Made by a program: the position numbers and the translations under genes
Notes under the pieces: generated by a model
Told to the model about the DNA's origin: nothing
Database searches by the model: none
Seen by the model: the letters and a program-made list of their open reading frames with translations, nothing else
Origin: Macrostomum hystrix
Taxonomy: Eukaryota; Animalia; Platyhelminthes
NCBI GenBank assembly: GCA_950097015.1
Contig: CATNEN010000003.1
Location: 3,782,001 to 3,846,000 of the forward strand
Direction of reading: 5' to 3'
DNA length: 64,000 nucleotides
Shown: one piece after another, positions 48,501-60,904 of the stretch
How the letters are laid out: every line of letters begins with the position of its first letter
How positions within the stretch are numbered: position 1 is the stretch's first letter

Positions 48501-51500
48501 TATCTTTTGGCTAATATAAGCCAGGGGTCGCCTAACTCCGTCTCGCGGGCCAGATGCAGCCCTCGAAGCTCCCAAATCCGGCCCGTTGGCTTTTCCGACA
48601 CCTACAGTATCCTGTCTCATCTTTCCCCCTGTCACATCTCTCCTCGGTGTATTCTCTCTCGTCTCCCGTGTCTCATCTCTCCCGTGTCTCGTCTCTCCCG
48701 TGTCTCATCTCTCCCGCGTCTCATCTCTCCCGTGTCTCATCTCTCCCGTGTCTCATCTCTCCCGTGTCTCATCTCTCCCGTGTCTCATCTCTCCCGTGTC
48801 TCATCTCTCCCGTGTCTCGTCTCTCCCGTGTCTCATCTCTCCCGTGTCTCATCTCTCCCGTGTCTCATCTCTCCCGTGTCTCATCTCTCCCGTGTCTCAT
48901 CTCTCCCGTGTCTCATCTCTCCCGTGTGTCATCTCTCCTCAATCTTATATTTCTACAGTCAATGCTGTCGTCTTTTAGGTTTCTTTGGTCCGCTAGCTAA
49001 TAAGTTTTAATCGAACACTTTTCGATTTGTTTGCAAAGACTGGCATTACTGCGAAGATAAAATTTATTTTTAAGTGAAGTTTAGCCTAACCTGATCTTCC
49101 ACAATGGTGCCAAATAGTTCCCGACTGCCCTCCCGCAGCCAGTCGATGCGCCGTTGAACGGACTCCAGGCAGACATTCATCCGCTCCTCGTAGATCCGGT
49201 GAACCTCCGGCGTCATCTGAACGTGGAGAATCGTGCCATCCTTGCCCAGGACGTGGGCGAACTTGTCGCAGTAGCGAGCGTTAATCAGCTTCGGCTGGAC
49301 GATCTGTTCATTGTGACAGTTAAATTGAACAAGTCTGAATTACGTGCATTGTTAGCATTATAGGAAACCACTGCTTACATTATAAGTGCTTTCAGATCTA
49401 AACTGACGCATACTGGGTTTACCTACCAAGTGATATGCGCCGTTAGTTTAACAGTAGAACTACCAAGGCGGGATTCCCCCCTCCCTGAGGAGTTTTGTGC
49501 TGCACCCAAACGGAAAAACGCAAGCACACAAAACTCAACTCAAACTCAAACTCAACCCGCCAACTTTTTCTTAAGCATCTTCTGAAACAAGAATCAAGTC
49601 GCCAGCTCTTAGGACCGTCGAGATATTCAATGGTTCTGGCCGAAGGTCAAAATGGCTTGGTAGTCCTACTGTTAATCCCATCTCACCAATTAAAATTCAA
49701 TCTCACTAATTGAAGTTCCACTTCACAAATCTAAATCCCATCTCACATAAATCCCATTTTCAACCCCGCCCCTAACAACTGACCGCTCCAGCTTTCTGAT
49801 TGGCCTCCGGATCACCGTCTGGTGGCCGCATGACCTGCACAACACCGTCGCAGTGTCGAAACGACACCCCGGCGAGGATGTCGAAAAAGTCCAGCTTCTT
49901 GGCTTCGATGCCGAATCGTTGCAGCCATTCGCTACTCTTCATGTACTCCTCCTTGCGCTCGTGCGCCGTCAACGTGTCCCGCTCCACTGCCGGCTCTAGA
50001 TATTAAAAAACATAACGATCGTTGCCACAGGCTGTAGGCAATGGCACATCTTTAGACCCGCAGCCAGCGAGGAGGCAATTCTACCCATTTCGCTGACTCC
50101 TCAGTACACACACACACAGATACTGTACGCAGGCACACGCTCACACAGGTGTGTACATCAGCCCTGACTTTCTCATCGTAGGGCAGCGTACACTCTCACT
50201 GCGCCTTGGAGGTTGGCCCTCAATGGCGTAAATTGCACGACAAGCCCTCAAGCCTTCTCTCCGCGGCATTTTTTTGGCCTCGCCGCGGAATCCCCTCTGC
50301 AACTGACCCACTGAGATAAGGAGGCAAGGGACGTTGCGGTAACTTCGACTGTCGCTGCGAGGTCCGTATCACGTGACAGCTCTAGGGCCAATAGGGACAT
50401 ACACGGTGTGTGAAACATTATATATGGCCAATAAAAAGTTTTCCTTCAAGACCCGAGCTATCCCCTACAATTCGTAATTTCCGTTAGTGCACAAAAAATC
50501 TAATAAATTTTCTCACCTTTCGAAGCCAGTGGGTCGGGTGTGTTGGCCAGCACGTGCTGCACCTGCGCCAACAGATTCCTAGCCTCTTCCAGCTCTTCGA
50601 ACACCTTGAACACATCAGTCCGGATGCCCGCGCCCGCTGGAACACCGCCGTAGAGCTTCCTCTTGAGCACAATGTTGGCTTTGTTGGTCTCCGTGTCCAA
50701 TGGAAGGCCTTCGAAGCTGTCAACTTCCATTGTGATGCTGTAGCAGTGAAAGCTGCGGACAAAAAAAATTTGGTCAATAAAATTTCACCTCCGAAAAAAC
50801 TTGATCTTCGTTCTAGCCCAGCTAATCTATTATGACGTTAAGCTGTGTGCCAGAGCGGCTATAATGTCCCTGAACTCTGAGCTGGATTATAATTTGGGCA
50901 GCAGTCGCGAGAAGAGAGCTTAAGCGCTTAATACGCAACTTATGACCTTGGGGTCCAGCCCCCTCAGGCACAGTGAGCGTGTACACTGCCTGACGATGAG
51001 AAAGTCAGGACAGATTAACACACCTGTGAGTGAATAGATCTGCTTGTTAATTGGAGATTACTAAGAAATCGAATCTGGTTATAATAAAATATATTTATTT
51101 CTCTATCTGTGTCTTAGAAGTCGGATCTGTCTTATGAATGGGTGTTTCTAAGAAATCGCACGTTTCTAAGAAATCGCACGTTTCTAAGAAATCGTATCTG
51201 TTTCTAAGAAAGCGGATCTGTTTCTAAGAAATCTTATCTGTTTCTAAGAAATTTTATCTGTTTCTAAGAAAGCGGATCTGTTTCTAAGAAAGCGGATCTG
51301 TTTCTAAGAAATCTTATCTGTTTCTAAGAAACAGGCTCTGTTTCTAATTAATCGGATTTGGTTTTTAAAATATATAATCGGTTTGTTAAAACTGGAATAT
51401 ATTTCTACGAAATGGGATGTGCCTGCCAAAAAAGGACCTGTTTCTAAGAAATGGGATCCATTATTAAGAAACAGAATAAGTGTTCAGGAATCAGTAGATT

Positions 51501-54459
51501 GGCGGAATCGCCTCTCGGGTTTCTGTCGATCAACTGGCACCAGGTTGATAATTTTTGTCGATATGAACCTGACAACCCGCTTCACATATTTGAGTCGTAC
51601 CGTCCTCCAGTGAGTTCGCAGACACCGCGCAGAAATCTCAAAGTGTCCGAGCTCTGACAATTGTAGGCCACCACGTGGAATGGCACCTGACTAACTGACT
51701 TCACTTTGTCTATGAGGATTTCTCTGGAGGCGTCCGATGATGAGCCTTCGGTGAACAAATAGATTGCTTCGATCTGAAGTTTGTATAACAATGAGGAGTG
51801 TAATCGTCTTCACCCACTAAAACTCAACTTTGTCAGACAAGAAACTTTTCAACAACACGATGACTAATTCATATATAGAGTGACAGGCTATAGTAATTGA
51901 CCATATTAATTTAACAGTTTGAAACAATAATATTTTTTTGGAAAAGTGTGAAAGAATTAAACTTCATAGATGAGACAAGCCTCAAAGACAGAGAAATTGC
52001 TAATTAACATAAAGAAAGTACATAAATACGAGTAAACTAGGAAAAGCATGATCAGACTAAAGAATTACGTTTTGTTTTAACTTTTTATTGCAGTATATAC
52101 AGTGTTCCCTAAAATAAGGAAAAGTTTTAATTAATTAGAAATTTATATAGCTCTGCTATGTACGGAATTTAATAGATGAGAAATAAAAAATAGGTTTTAT
52201 TTTCAGCTTTTTAAACTGTTAAGTTAGTAAACACATTGCCATTTTCTAGTTGTATAAAGTATTAGAATTATAGCCTTACTGCAAAAAACAGCAGTTAAAA
52301 AAGTTTTACACTGTTAGGATAAGTCAGTAAACATATTTTCATCATAAAGAAGAGTACAGCATAGGAAATATAGCGTTACAGAAAGCAACAGCAGTTAAAA
52401 AAGAAAGTAAAAAAACTTATTGAAGGGTCGGATGTGATTGGCTCCTTGCGGCGTGAAAACTTGGGCGTGAGGTGGATGTCTGGCGGGACAGAAAACTGTG
52501 GTAAGAGCATGATTCAATGTACATGCAGGCAATGTACATTCCCGGCGTCTAAGATCGAATTGTTGATAAATTGAGTAAAGATAAAATGAAAAAAGCCCCA
52601 GAAATGTTAAGAAAAGATGACCATGTAGAAACAACAATTTACACCAAGTGTACATCCGATGTACATTGTACAGAACGCAACAGCACTCACATCGGGATCA
52701 GCAGCTGCTCGAATCACACCCTCAACAGTGTCCGTGGCACTGGTTGGTGCAAGCCTGTCTAGCTGCCAAAGCCAGTCGATGGCGTTCTGCACCGTCTCCC
52801 TGGTGACAGGTTGGCAACGCGGCGAGAAGTATTGGATCTGGTCAGCGCACCTGCAATAGGAGCGTTAAAGTGAAAATTTACTCATCACTCCGTCAATAAA
52901 ACCAAGCGACGCTTTTCCTGTCTTAGTCTCCTGATTATTCATGCTTGGGAAGCCATCACGACTTTGTCCAGGTATCATGCGTTCGTTCCTGAAACATTTG
53001 GTGCATTTTCATTTTCTCACCGAATCAAATTAAACTTGGCTTTGTGCATAATCTGCTCCTTGAGAACCCGCTCGGCAGCGCACAGGTAGGTGTCAAACGC
53101 TCTCGGCGACATGTTTTTAATGTCCAGAATGAGGCACACCGAGTGTTCATAGATTACTCCGAAAATTCTTCGACTTTCGCTAGTTAGCCATTCCATACGG
53201 CGACGGTACATGCGAACCGCGTGCAACAAGCGCTGTTCCACCTACGATTGAAAGACAGATGCAAAAGTCATTTCGCATTTTTTTATTTATAGAATATTAC
53301 TATTACTATTAATAGAGAGATGAGACAGGGGAGAATTGAGACAGGGTAGAGATTAGATAAAACAGGGGATAGAAAAGACACGTGAGAGATAAGACAGGGG
53401 AGAGATGAGACACGGGAGAGATGAGACAGGGGAGAGATAATGTGAGACAGATAAGAGACGAGATGAGACAGGGGTGAAACGTGACAGGGTAGAGAGTATA
53501 TGAAACAGGTGATAGATAAGACACAGAAGAGATGAAACAGGGAGAGGTGATACAACAGAGAGATTACGTCGTATTCACGGGACAGATAAGAGATGAGATA
53601 AAACAAAGGAGGGATAAGACAGGGTGAGATAAGACACGGTCGATAATAGACGAGCTAACAAAGTGCAGGTGTTTGAACAGGCCTGAGGGCCTTATGTGGC
53701 TTATCTGTCATGAGGGTTAGAGTTTGCCGGCCCATGCTATATTTTGATATACGCTCGTATAGCATGGGCAATACTGCTGTCGTTTCTCCATACTGTCGTT
53801 TCTAGAGCTACAAGTGTTTGCCTTACCTGCTTAAGTTTCTCTTTCCCAGCCGTGATATTGTACACTTTTCCATCGTCTCTAAGTAGCCTTTGAAAGAGAT
53901 TGTCGCCATAGCGCGAACTGATTGGCTTTTTCAGAACGGAGTCGAATTCTGTGAGGTGCTGGAAGCCCAACTGCGCAGCGATGCTGTGCGCATCGAGGCG
54001 GTTCTTCTTCAGGCCGTACTTGGAAAGCCAGGAATCCGACGGGATCAGATCGCGGACGTCGATTTCCCATCGTTCACCGGGTTTTGGTATGTCGACGTTG
54101 TACTGCTCGGCCGTCTGGATGATGTCGCTGCCGCCTCGTCCAGCGACGACATCGCGAATAGCAACTTCTTGCTGCTGCTTTGCCACGTGGAAGGAAGGAG
54201 CTAAAGCAAAGCAAGAATACAAATTGATTTGAAGATCCTACGTACAAAAAGAGACATTTTTCATTTCCTTTTAATTGTCGTTTTAAAATACGAGGAATTA
54301 CTCACTTGGGACACTATAAGCTAGGTCTTTGATGATCGGGGTCGGTGCCAGCTGTAGTGGCTACAATGCGTATTTCAAGTTAATGCTTAGAGATTAGAAT
54401 AAAATAATATAATTTAGTCATTTTCTTACCTGTCGCTCGCTTCCTAAGCTAAACGCCAT
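29317..54459 (-). CDS. VWA3B: von Willebrand factor A domain-containing protein 3B-like, ~1846 aa, 23 exons
   Basis: Exons 54459-54430, 54360-54306, 54200-53827, 53241-53021, 52850-52691, 51773-51601, 50752-50517, 49995-49784, 49303-49091, 48248-48045, 47354-47067, 43186-42811, 41912-41579, 40916-40733, 40269-40141, 36724-36053, 35569-35429, 34940-34626, 34100-33851, 33613-33231, 31688-31427, 30219-29985, 29410-29317. All GT-AG and phase-consistent (5541 nt). Two VWA units (IDTSASM, YLLTDGRPDQ, YLFTEG) and DUF4537-like VIAR..DG.YY repeats. Confidence 0.88.
29505..29815 (-). mobile_element. SINE family 1, near full length
   Basis: Head GGGGTCGGTGGCAGAGCG...GATTCCGCGGCGAGGCCA, shared body, (TAT)n tail. 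Confidence 0.75.
30540..31313. repeat. CT-rich minisatellite (CTACGATCTCTCCCTCTCT..)n
   Basis: Variable-length polypyrimidine units in a VWA3B intron. Confidence 0.95.
31768..32180. repeat. 22-bp minisatellite (GTCTAACATGTGGCTTAGCCTT)n
   Basis: Tandem array. Confidence 0.95.
32720..33185 (+). mobile_element. SINE family 1 copy interrupted by a 19-bp minisatellite (32880-33055)
   Basis: SINE body at 32720-32850 and 33056-33185 on either side of (GGTAAATACTGGTTGCTAT)n. Confidence 0.7.
33716..33800. repeat. 12-bp repeat (CACTCCTCCAGT)n
   Basis: Intronic tandem array. Confidence 0.9.
34193..34500. repeat. 19-bp minisatellite (GGTAAATACTGGTTGCTAT)n
   Basis: Tandem array with the same unit as 32880-33055. 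Confidence 0.95.
35146..35415 (+). mobile_element. SINE family 2 (tRNA head + CORE-like domain)
   Basis: B box GGTTCGATTCC, then GCAAG-TTAACTCTGCATTGC..AGTTCACCCAGCTGTTAAATGGGTACC resembling the MIR CORE domain. Confidence 0.7.
36900..37140. repeat. 29-bp minisatellite (GAAGGGTAGGAGGGAGCGGATGAAGGCCT)n
   Basis: Tandem array. Confidence 0.93.
38092..39870. repeat. 16-bp minisatellite (GGGTTGAAGCTAATTC)n
   Basis: ~1.8-kb tandem array. Confidence 0.98.
40962..41480 (-). repeat. 16-bp GTGTCTCATCTCTCCC minisatellite, reverse orientation
   Basis: (GGGAGAGATGAGACAC)n. No clear TIRs. Confidence 0.93.
41980..42708. repeat. Compound minisatellite: 27-bp unit changing to a related 22-bp unit
   Basis: CCTTTTACCACCGTGTTTCAGTGCATT, then CCTTTTACCACCGTGTTTTAGT. 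Confidence 0.95.
43258..43612. repeat. 53-bp G-rich minisatellite
   Basis: GGAGTCGAAGGGGTGGGTGTAGGCGGAGTGGGGCTTGGGGTCTGTACGTGTGA units. Confidence 0.95.
44184..46189 (+). CDS. FKBP4/5-like immunophilin (2 FKBP domains + TPR), ~527 aa, nested antisense in a VWA3B intron
   Basis: Exons 44184-44602, 44936-45392 and 45482-46189. VTVHY..RDRGKP, DYAY, YEVEL twice, TPR motifs LNCAACYLKL and NIKALYRRG. Confidence 0.9.
46260..46273. promoter_or_regulatory. RFX X-box-like site GTCGCTATGGCAAC
   Basis: Fits the consensus GTYNCY-AT-RGNAAC. Lies inside the VWA3B gene. Confidence 0.4.
46633..46910. repeat. 20-bp minisatellite (CTTATCTGAATCCCATCTCC)n
   Basis: Tandem array. Confidence 0.95.
47430..47640. 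repeat. ~19-20-bp degenerate repeat with TTTCTAAGAAA core
   Basis: Tandem units TTTCTAAGAAATAGTATCC. Confidence 0.85.
48522..49008 (+). mobile_element. hAT-like MITE with 16-bp minisatellite, right TIR truncated
   Basis: Both non-repetitive arms are homologous to 14091-14587. Confidence 0.85.
50030..50295 (-). mobile_element. SINE family 1 copy
   Basis: Body homologous to 29505-29815. Head partly deleted. Confidence 0.75.
51143..51452. repeat. 18-20-bp repeat with TTTCTAAGAAA core
   Basis: Units TTTCTAAGAAAGCGGATCTG. Confidence 0.88.
53310..53736 (-). mobile_element. Old degenerate copy of the minisatellite-bearing hAT-like MITE
   Basis: Degenerate GAGATGAGACA units ending in AGAGTTTGCCGGCCCATG (reverse-complement TIR). 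Confidence 0.55.
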
Positions 54460-56517
54460 CTAATGTGATTATATAAACAGACTTGAATTCTAGTTTTTTA
54501 TTTGATGTAGGGCTGAAATGAGTAGTTGACTTAAAATATAAATAATCGCAGAAGCAAAGTAGGGTTTAAAAATCGTGAACATGGTGGATTGCATCCTAAG
54601 AACAAATCACTAGAGCATGTATAGTTATAGTGACTCAATATATTTATAGATATATCTGCTTTTAATATTATACCATACATTTTTATGTTTATTCCGTAAT
54701 ATAACTGTACATAAATAAATGCGACAATTTGATTTTCTAAGTATTTATAGCACCAGAGCTACCAGATTGACTAAGCTAATTATGTAGTATATAAATTAAA
54801 CAACTAAAAATTTCTAAAGATGCTTCGCTTATGTTGTTTTTAGATTTTTTAGTTAAAAAAAGCTTATTTTATTTCATTAAATTTTTGCTCGTAAGTTAGA
54901 CAATAAAATATATGAAACGCTTGAGGTACTTAATAAGGGCAGGAATTAAAGTAAAAAAAATCGTTCATGAAGATGAGCTCCTATATATACAAAAATGCAG
55001 ATCTAAAAACCCGAAGTTGCGCTTACTTGTGATTGTAAATCGTTTGTGCTGTCGAAAAGCGTCAAAAACATCCAAGTCAGAAACATTTTATTTACCATGG
55101 CGAGACATCTAAAATAATACTTTTCATTTAACTTGAACAGTTGAAAGTTGTTTTTAAACATTTTTCTTGCATAATATTCTCAAATATATGCGATAAATAT
55201 ATATTTGTGTTGTACTATTTGTTAAAATAAAGTAACTGCAAATAACTAGGTTTTTAAATTCTAGCATATTGTGTGATTAATTTAATTTATTGTTTTCGAT
55301 CGCTGCTCGGAATTTGCTTACAAAGCACAAAGTTTGTGCACATTTACTGAGAATGTAAGCATTGATATATCTTTGACGCAGTGAAATCGGTTACATTCTA
55401 GTAACGTGCTTCGTAACGCACAAAATAAACACAAATAGTTCTCCGGAATTCGTATTTAATTTAGGTTCGCCTAATACAACTCGTACGTCGTACAACACGT
55501 TATACTATATACAGCACTGAGTCAAAATACTATTTATTACAAAAAAGCTGTTTCCTACTTTTTGCTAGTCAAAAAAAGAAAAGTTTATATTTTATCTAGC
55601 ACCAAAGTAACCTAGCACTTAAAGCATTTATGTGCCTCAGTGCCTGGTCTGTTTTTTTAATAGGCCCTACTTATTGATGCATTTTGGTCCCCATCCTGTC
55701 AGCTATCAGTTCTAAATATACTTCCTGCATAGGCCTATGTGTTTTTTAGTTTTACTTTGATGATTTTTTGCTTTGTCATTGTTCTTATAGTTTTTATAAA
55801 GAAGTTTTTATTTCTATTTACGCATTAGGCTCCTAGAAAGCCATTGGATTGTTGGCCTAGGCCTAGGCCTATATCGTATCACAATTTAAAAGCAACACAT
55901 CCATAGTCTGGATCATTTAGTGCATGCCATAATTTTCTGGTATGCATTTGAAAACTTGTCCACTGGCATGCAAAAGTAATAGTGTCTCATGGGCTGGCCC
56001 GGCTGGCATGTAGCAGCAGGGTTGGCATTGGTATAGCAATGGATGAGTCCACTGTGCAATGTTGCAGTGGGTACATATCATGCATACATAATTTAATGAT
56101 GCACAGAATATAAAAAAGTACAGACTTATAATTAGTTCAAATAAATATATCTGTTGAGTTTAGTAAGTTATGCATCATGGAATGTAATATTTGTATAGAA
56201 TAAATTTTTCATCTAACTATTCAATGTCAATGGTCAGTATAATATGCTATTTCTATTTAAGTAACTTGATAAAAGCTGAATTCTTAAGATATTTAAACAA
56301 CTTTATATCTTACCATGTATCTGCTTAGCATTGGGTTTCAAAAGAAAAACTCTATGATTTTGTTCTGGCGTGCACCATATATGATCTGGACTATGGCAAC
56401 ACATAGGCCTATGTAACATTTGACACTATCAAGCAAAGGCAACCAAAATAAAACAATTTAGCAAATATAAAGCAAACAAAGTAGGAATGGGGAGTCTACA
56501 GACTGTAAACTAACAAG

Positions 56518-56747
56518 TATACATGCGCAACACCCGGCTGACCCGGCCGGGTGAAACAAGGGCCAAGCAAGGTAAGTTGCAAAAACCAATCAACCAAGCA
56601 CAAAAAATCAAAGGGGGACCAAGGGACAAAAAAGGAAGAAGAGGAAAAGGGGAGATAAAAATAGAGCAAATGAGAGCAAACTAAGTTGTAATAGAGCAAA
56701 AACTAAGTCGCACAGCCAGCTAAGATTTGGGAGGTTGCACATGTATG
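56518..56747 (-). mobile_element. CATACATGCGCAA-TIR MITE, copy 3
   Basis: Reverse complement of the 22442 and 24170 copies. 8-bp TSD CTAACAAG/CTGACAAG (1 mismatch). Confidence 0.85.
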
Positions 56748-57459
56748 CTGACAAGCATGTGTTTAGCAGATACATACATCACTGGACCAGTTAAATTTAT
56801 CTAGCCTTGAACTGCCCTTGAATGACATGTACAAGTGCCTAACAGCAGTTTACAATTGACTGACTCACACTGCTGCAATTCCCAATGATGACCTTGTAGG
56901 TCTTATCCTTATAAGCATTTTATCTACATTCTTACAATCTATGTCCAAATTAAAACATTTAAGCTTTCTGAATGCTAGATAATGTTACAAAAATGTATAA
57001 TTGCACACTTTTAGATACTATTCAAGTTTTAAATGTATTTATTAAGAAAAAACTTCACATTTTTATGTTCAGTCACACTACTTACTGTTCTTAGCTCATT
57101 ATTATCTTAGTAGTCAAAGAATTGAAATTGTTTAACTGTTAGAATTAAATCTGCAAGTTAAGTCTAAGTTGTGTATCTAAAATTTATGTGCCTACTTATT
57201 GACAAATTCTCTATTTAGTCAAATGTCATTCAGCACCCATTGGTATAAATTTCCTGCACATGTTGACCTAAAACTTGATAGTTCTAGGCTTTTCTTGCCA
57301 ACAAATTACTGCTGTTAAAACTTGACTGTCTGGTCACTTGCTAGTGACACTAGCCTACATATATGACCAAGACTGCAAAAAAGTATTTTTGACTTAATGA
57401 CTTACAATATTATTATTACAAACTATAAATTTTTTAAAAGTATACAAAAGCTACTTACA

Positions 57460-60376
57460 ATGAACTCAGGTGAGTTTGAAGGCAAGCTATAGTATTTTAT
57501 TACATTACAAGGCTTATTGCTACTTAAAGTCACATAAATCATGGACATTTTTCAGTTCAACCAATCGGAAGACAGCAATAGAAATTAAGGAAACTAATTA
57601 ATTAAAACATTGTTAAGCAACTAATTATTCTGGATTAAAGATCACAAGCTAAAGCAAGGAAGACACGAATACAAAGACTGTAATACTATCTGGCCAATCA
57701 GAATTGCTGGCGACAATCATCTAGCCAATCCGAGTGAGGGCGCTGCCTCCTTCACCGGTCTGGGCATGCCAGATGGCGACAGTGATGACGAAGGCCGACT
57801 GCCTAACGAAGATCCGGCCGCAGATGATGGACTGGTTGATTTTGTTGAAGGAGAAGAGGAGGAGGAGCAGTACTTCACAGACCCGGAGGATATCATTGAT
57901 TTAGCTAGGCTGTCAGACTCAGTGATTCGAGTGTCTCCAACTCCAACTGATCCCAGTTCTGCAGCAGCCTCGGCTCCGACCAAGGCGGAGTTATTGCGCA
58001 GCCTGTCTTATTTGGAGGCTGAATTACAGGCATCGGATGCGGCTATTGCGGCACTGCAGGCGGACCAGGCTAGGCTAGTGTTCTATCAGGCCAAGTATGG
58101 CAGATTTGGCTTGGCCGATTCGTTTAATTCGGCTCTAGGAAGCCGCCAGCAGGCTTCGCCGTCGGCCCAGCCGTCCGCCGCCGAGTCGGCAGCTTCAACG
58201 GCTGATGAAGAGAGTCAATTGGGCCAGTTGGAGAATCTTATTGATACGCAGCGTAGGGCGCATCTGCGTATGACGGAACAGCTGAACGGACTTAGGAAAA
58301 AACTTAAGAAGGTAGGTTTAGACAAGCTTTGACTAGTTTTAAATTTGAATTTAGGATTTGAAATTAGTATTTCAAACTTAGGGATTGGGATTCCAAGATT
58401 ACCAATTGGGATTCAAAGTTTACCGATTGGGATTCCAAGTTTAACTATTGGGATTTCAAGCTTATGAATTGGGATTTCAAGCTTATGAATTGGGATTTCA
58501 AGCTTTTAGATTGGGATTTCAAGCTTATGAATTGGGATTTCAAGCTTATGGATTGGGATTTCAAGCTTTTAGATTGGGATTTCAAGCCTTTGGATTGGGA
58601 TTTCAAGCTTATGGATTGGGATTTCAAGCTTATGAATTGGGATTTCAAGCTTATGGATTGGGATTTCAAGCTTTTAGATTGGGATTTCAAGCTTATGAAT
58701 TGGGATTTCAAGCTTTTAGATTGGGATTTCAAGCTTATGAATTGGGATTTCAAGCTTATGGATTGGGATTTCAAGCTTATGAATTGGGATTTCAAGCTTA
58801 TGGATTGGGATTTCAAGCTTATGGATTGGGATTTCAAGCTTATGAATTGGGATTTCAAGCTTATGGATTGGGATTTCAAGCTTATGAATTGGGATTTCAA
58901 GCTTATGAATTGGGATTTCAAGCTTATGAATTGGGATTTCAAGCTTTTAGATTGGGATTTCAAGCTTATGAATTGGGATTTCAAGCTTATGGATTGGGAT
59001 TTCAAGCTTATGAATTGGGATTTCAAGCTTATGGATTGGGATTTCAAGCTTATGGATTGGGATTTCAAGCTTATGAATTGGGATTTCAAGCTTATGGATT
59101 GGGATTTCAAGCTTATGAATTGGGATTTCAAGCTTATGAATTGGGATTTCAAGCTTATGGATTGGGATTTCAAGCTTATGAATTGGGATTTCAAGCTTAT
59201 GGGTTGGGATTTCAAGCTTATGGATTGGGATTTCAAGCTTTTAGATTGGGATTTCAAGCTTATGGATTGGGATTTCAAGCATATGGGTTGGGATTTCAAG
59301 TTAAACGATATTATTTACATTCCAAGCTTGGGGTTCCAAGCTTAATAGATTAAGATTCAGCATCAGCAATAAAGGTTTCTGATGTTGAATGGGGTGATCT
59401 AAATAAATAGCTTAAGCAGTTACTCATTCATCATCGTTAGTGTGCACATTGTTATGAAAACACTGCTCAGGCCTGTCAAGACCTAATCGAAGAACGTTGC
59501 AAGCACGAGCAGGACTCAGCGGAAGGCGACGATGTTCTAGCCGGTCTGGGCAAGGAACGAGAACGACTGCTCAACGAGGTAAGTGCGATTTTATATGAGC
59601 TGAATAACTGCTTGCTGCAATATTTTGCAATACTGCCTACTTGAAGTAGGATTATTCATGCAAAATCCGGAGTTCTTTTTCTGCTCCAATCTAAACAGCT
59701 GGAATTCGAACGCGTCAACAATCGCCGACACGAGAAGGAGCTGAAGCGTCAACTGCGCGCCCTAGACGATGTCAGAACGGCTAGCGCCAAGCAGCGCGCA
59801 GTGGCCCTGGAACAGATTCGCCAACGAAAGCGAGCCACAGAACAGCTGGTTGAAGTAGCCGAGCGCTGTCGTCAGCTAGAAGCTAGACAGGCTCACCAAA
59901 CAGCCGGCTCTGGCGTCATTGTCAACGTCGCCAAACTGGAAGCCGAAGCCGCCGCCGGTCACCGTCGCGTGGCCGAACTAGGCCGTCTTGCTCAGGCTGA
60001 AGCCGCGGCTGCTGACAAACTAGCAGCCGAAGTTGAATCTCTGCGCCTGAAGCTCACGACGGCAACCTCGTCGTCATTGTCGTCGTCGACAACAGTGGCA
60101 ATTTCTAGTTCGGCGCGCCGAGCCAAACCGGAGCCGCCAGTGCGAAGAACCTCGGCTATGACAACAGCTCCGGTGGCTGCTAGTTCTAGGCTGGCAAGCC
60201 CTGCGGCTAGCGTCACTGTCGCGTCATCGCCAAGGACGTCAACTAGTCGACTTCCAACTGGCGGCGGTGTCAGCGGCAGCTCCGGCGGCGGCAGTCCCAG
60301 TAAGCGAGCAACGCCTGGCGTGTCTGGGACTGGCAACACTCGAGTCCTGACCGCAGGCGGCGCCAATGGCAAGTGA
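57460..60376 (+). CDS. CTTNBP2/CTTNBP2NL-like (CortBP2 coiled-coil) protein, ~460 aa
   Basis: Exons 57460-57469 (tentative), 57725-58311, 59471-59578 and 59699-60376. KAELLRSLSYLEAELQASD..KYGRFGLAD and EERCKHEQDSAEGDDV..KERERL..LEFE match the CortBP2 domain. Confidence 0.82.
58380..59300. repeat. 21-bp minisatellite (ATTGGGATTTCAAGCTTATGR)n
   Basis: Intronic tandem array. Explains ORFs 58445-59353. Confidence 0.97.
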
Positions 60377-60904
60377 AACCGAGCAATACCGCAAACTAAT
60401 TTAATTCGCTACTAATTAGTTGACAGTAGGTTTACTAATGTATCTCACTAGCGAGATAGCAAATTTTTACAACTCTAACATAAAATGTTGCTTCAAACGA
60501 ATTTCAGAAAGCTTCATTCATCAATAATCATGATTATCTTCGTTTTATTGTCGTTTATTTATTATGTAGCACAGTCAAAAGCATTAAGTGACGAACTCAA
60601 TTCTACAGTCACTTTCTAATATACTCTCTACTATTTACTGAATAATCTGTTGGCTATAGGCTTGATAAATGAAGGCAAATGAAATGAAGATTTATTATTC
60701 ATGAATTAGCCTTGGATCTTGACGTGAAAAAAACATGGAAAGTTCGTATTTCGCTAGTGCATTTTCCGTTAAAATCAGCCCTTAATAAATTTTTCCAAGA
60801 AACGGAGTTCCAGGGGTCCTCCGTAGCCTAATATTCTATGTCTATGGCAAAATCCTCTACTTTTTGCGTCCAATTCAAGAATTTCAGATTTCAGACTGTC
60901 AGCG

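Noticed and set aside
50985-51012. Hammerhead-like CUGACGA..GAAA..GUC in the SINE hairpin
   Set aside because: No room for stems II or III. CCUGAC pairs with GUCAGG as a simple hairpin.
58445-59353. ~300-aa heptad-repeat ORFs
   Set aside because: 21-bp minisatellite inside a GT-AG intron.
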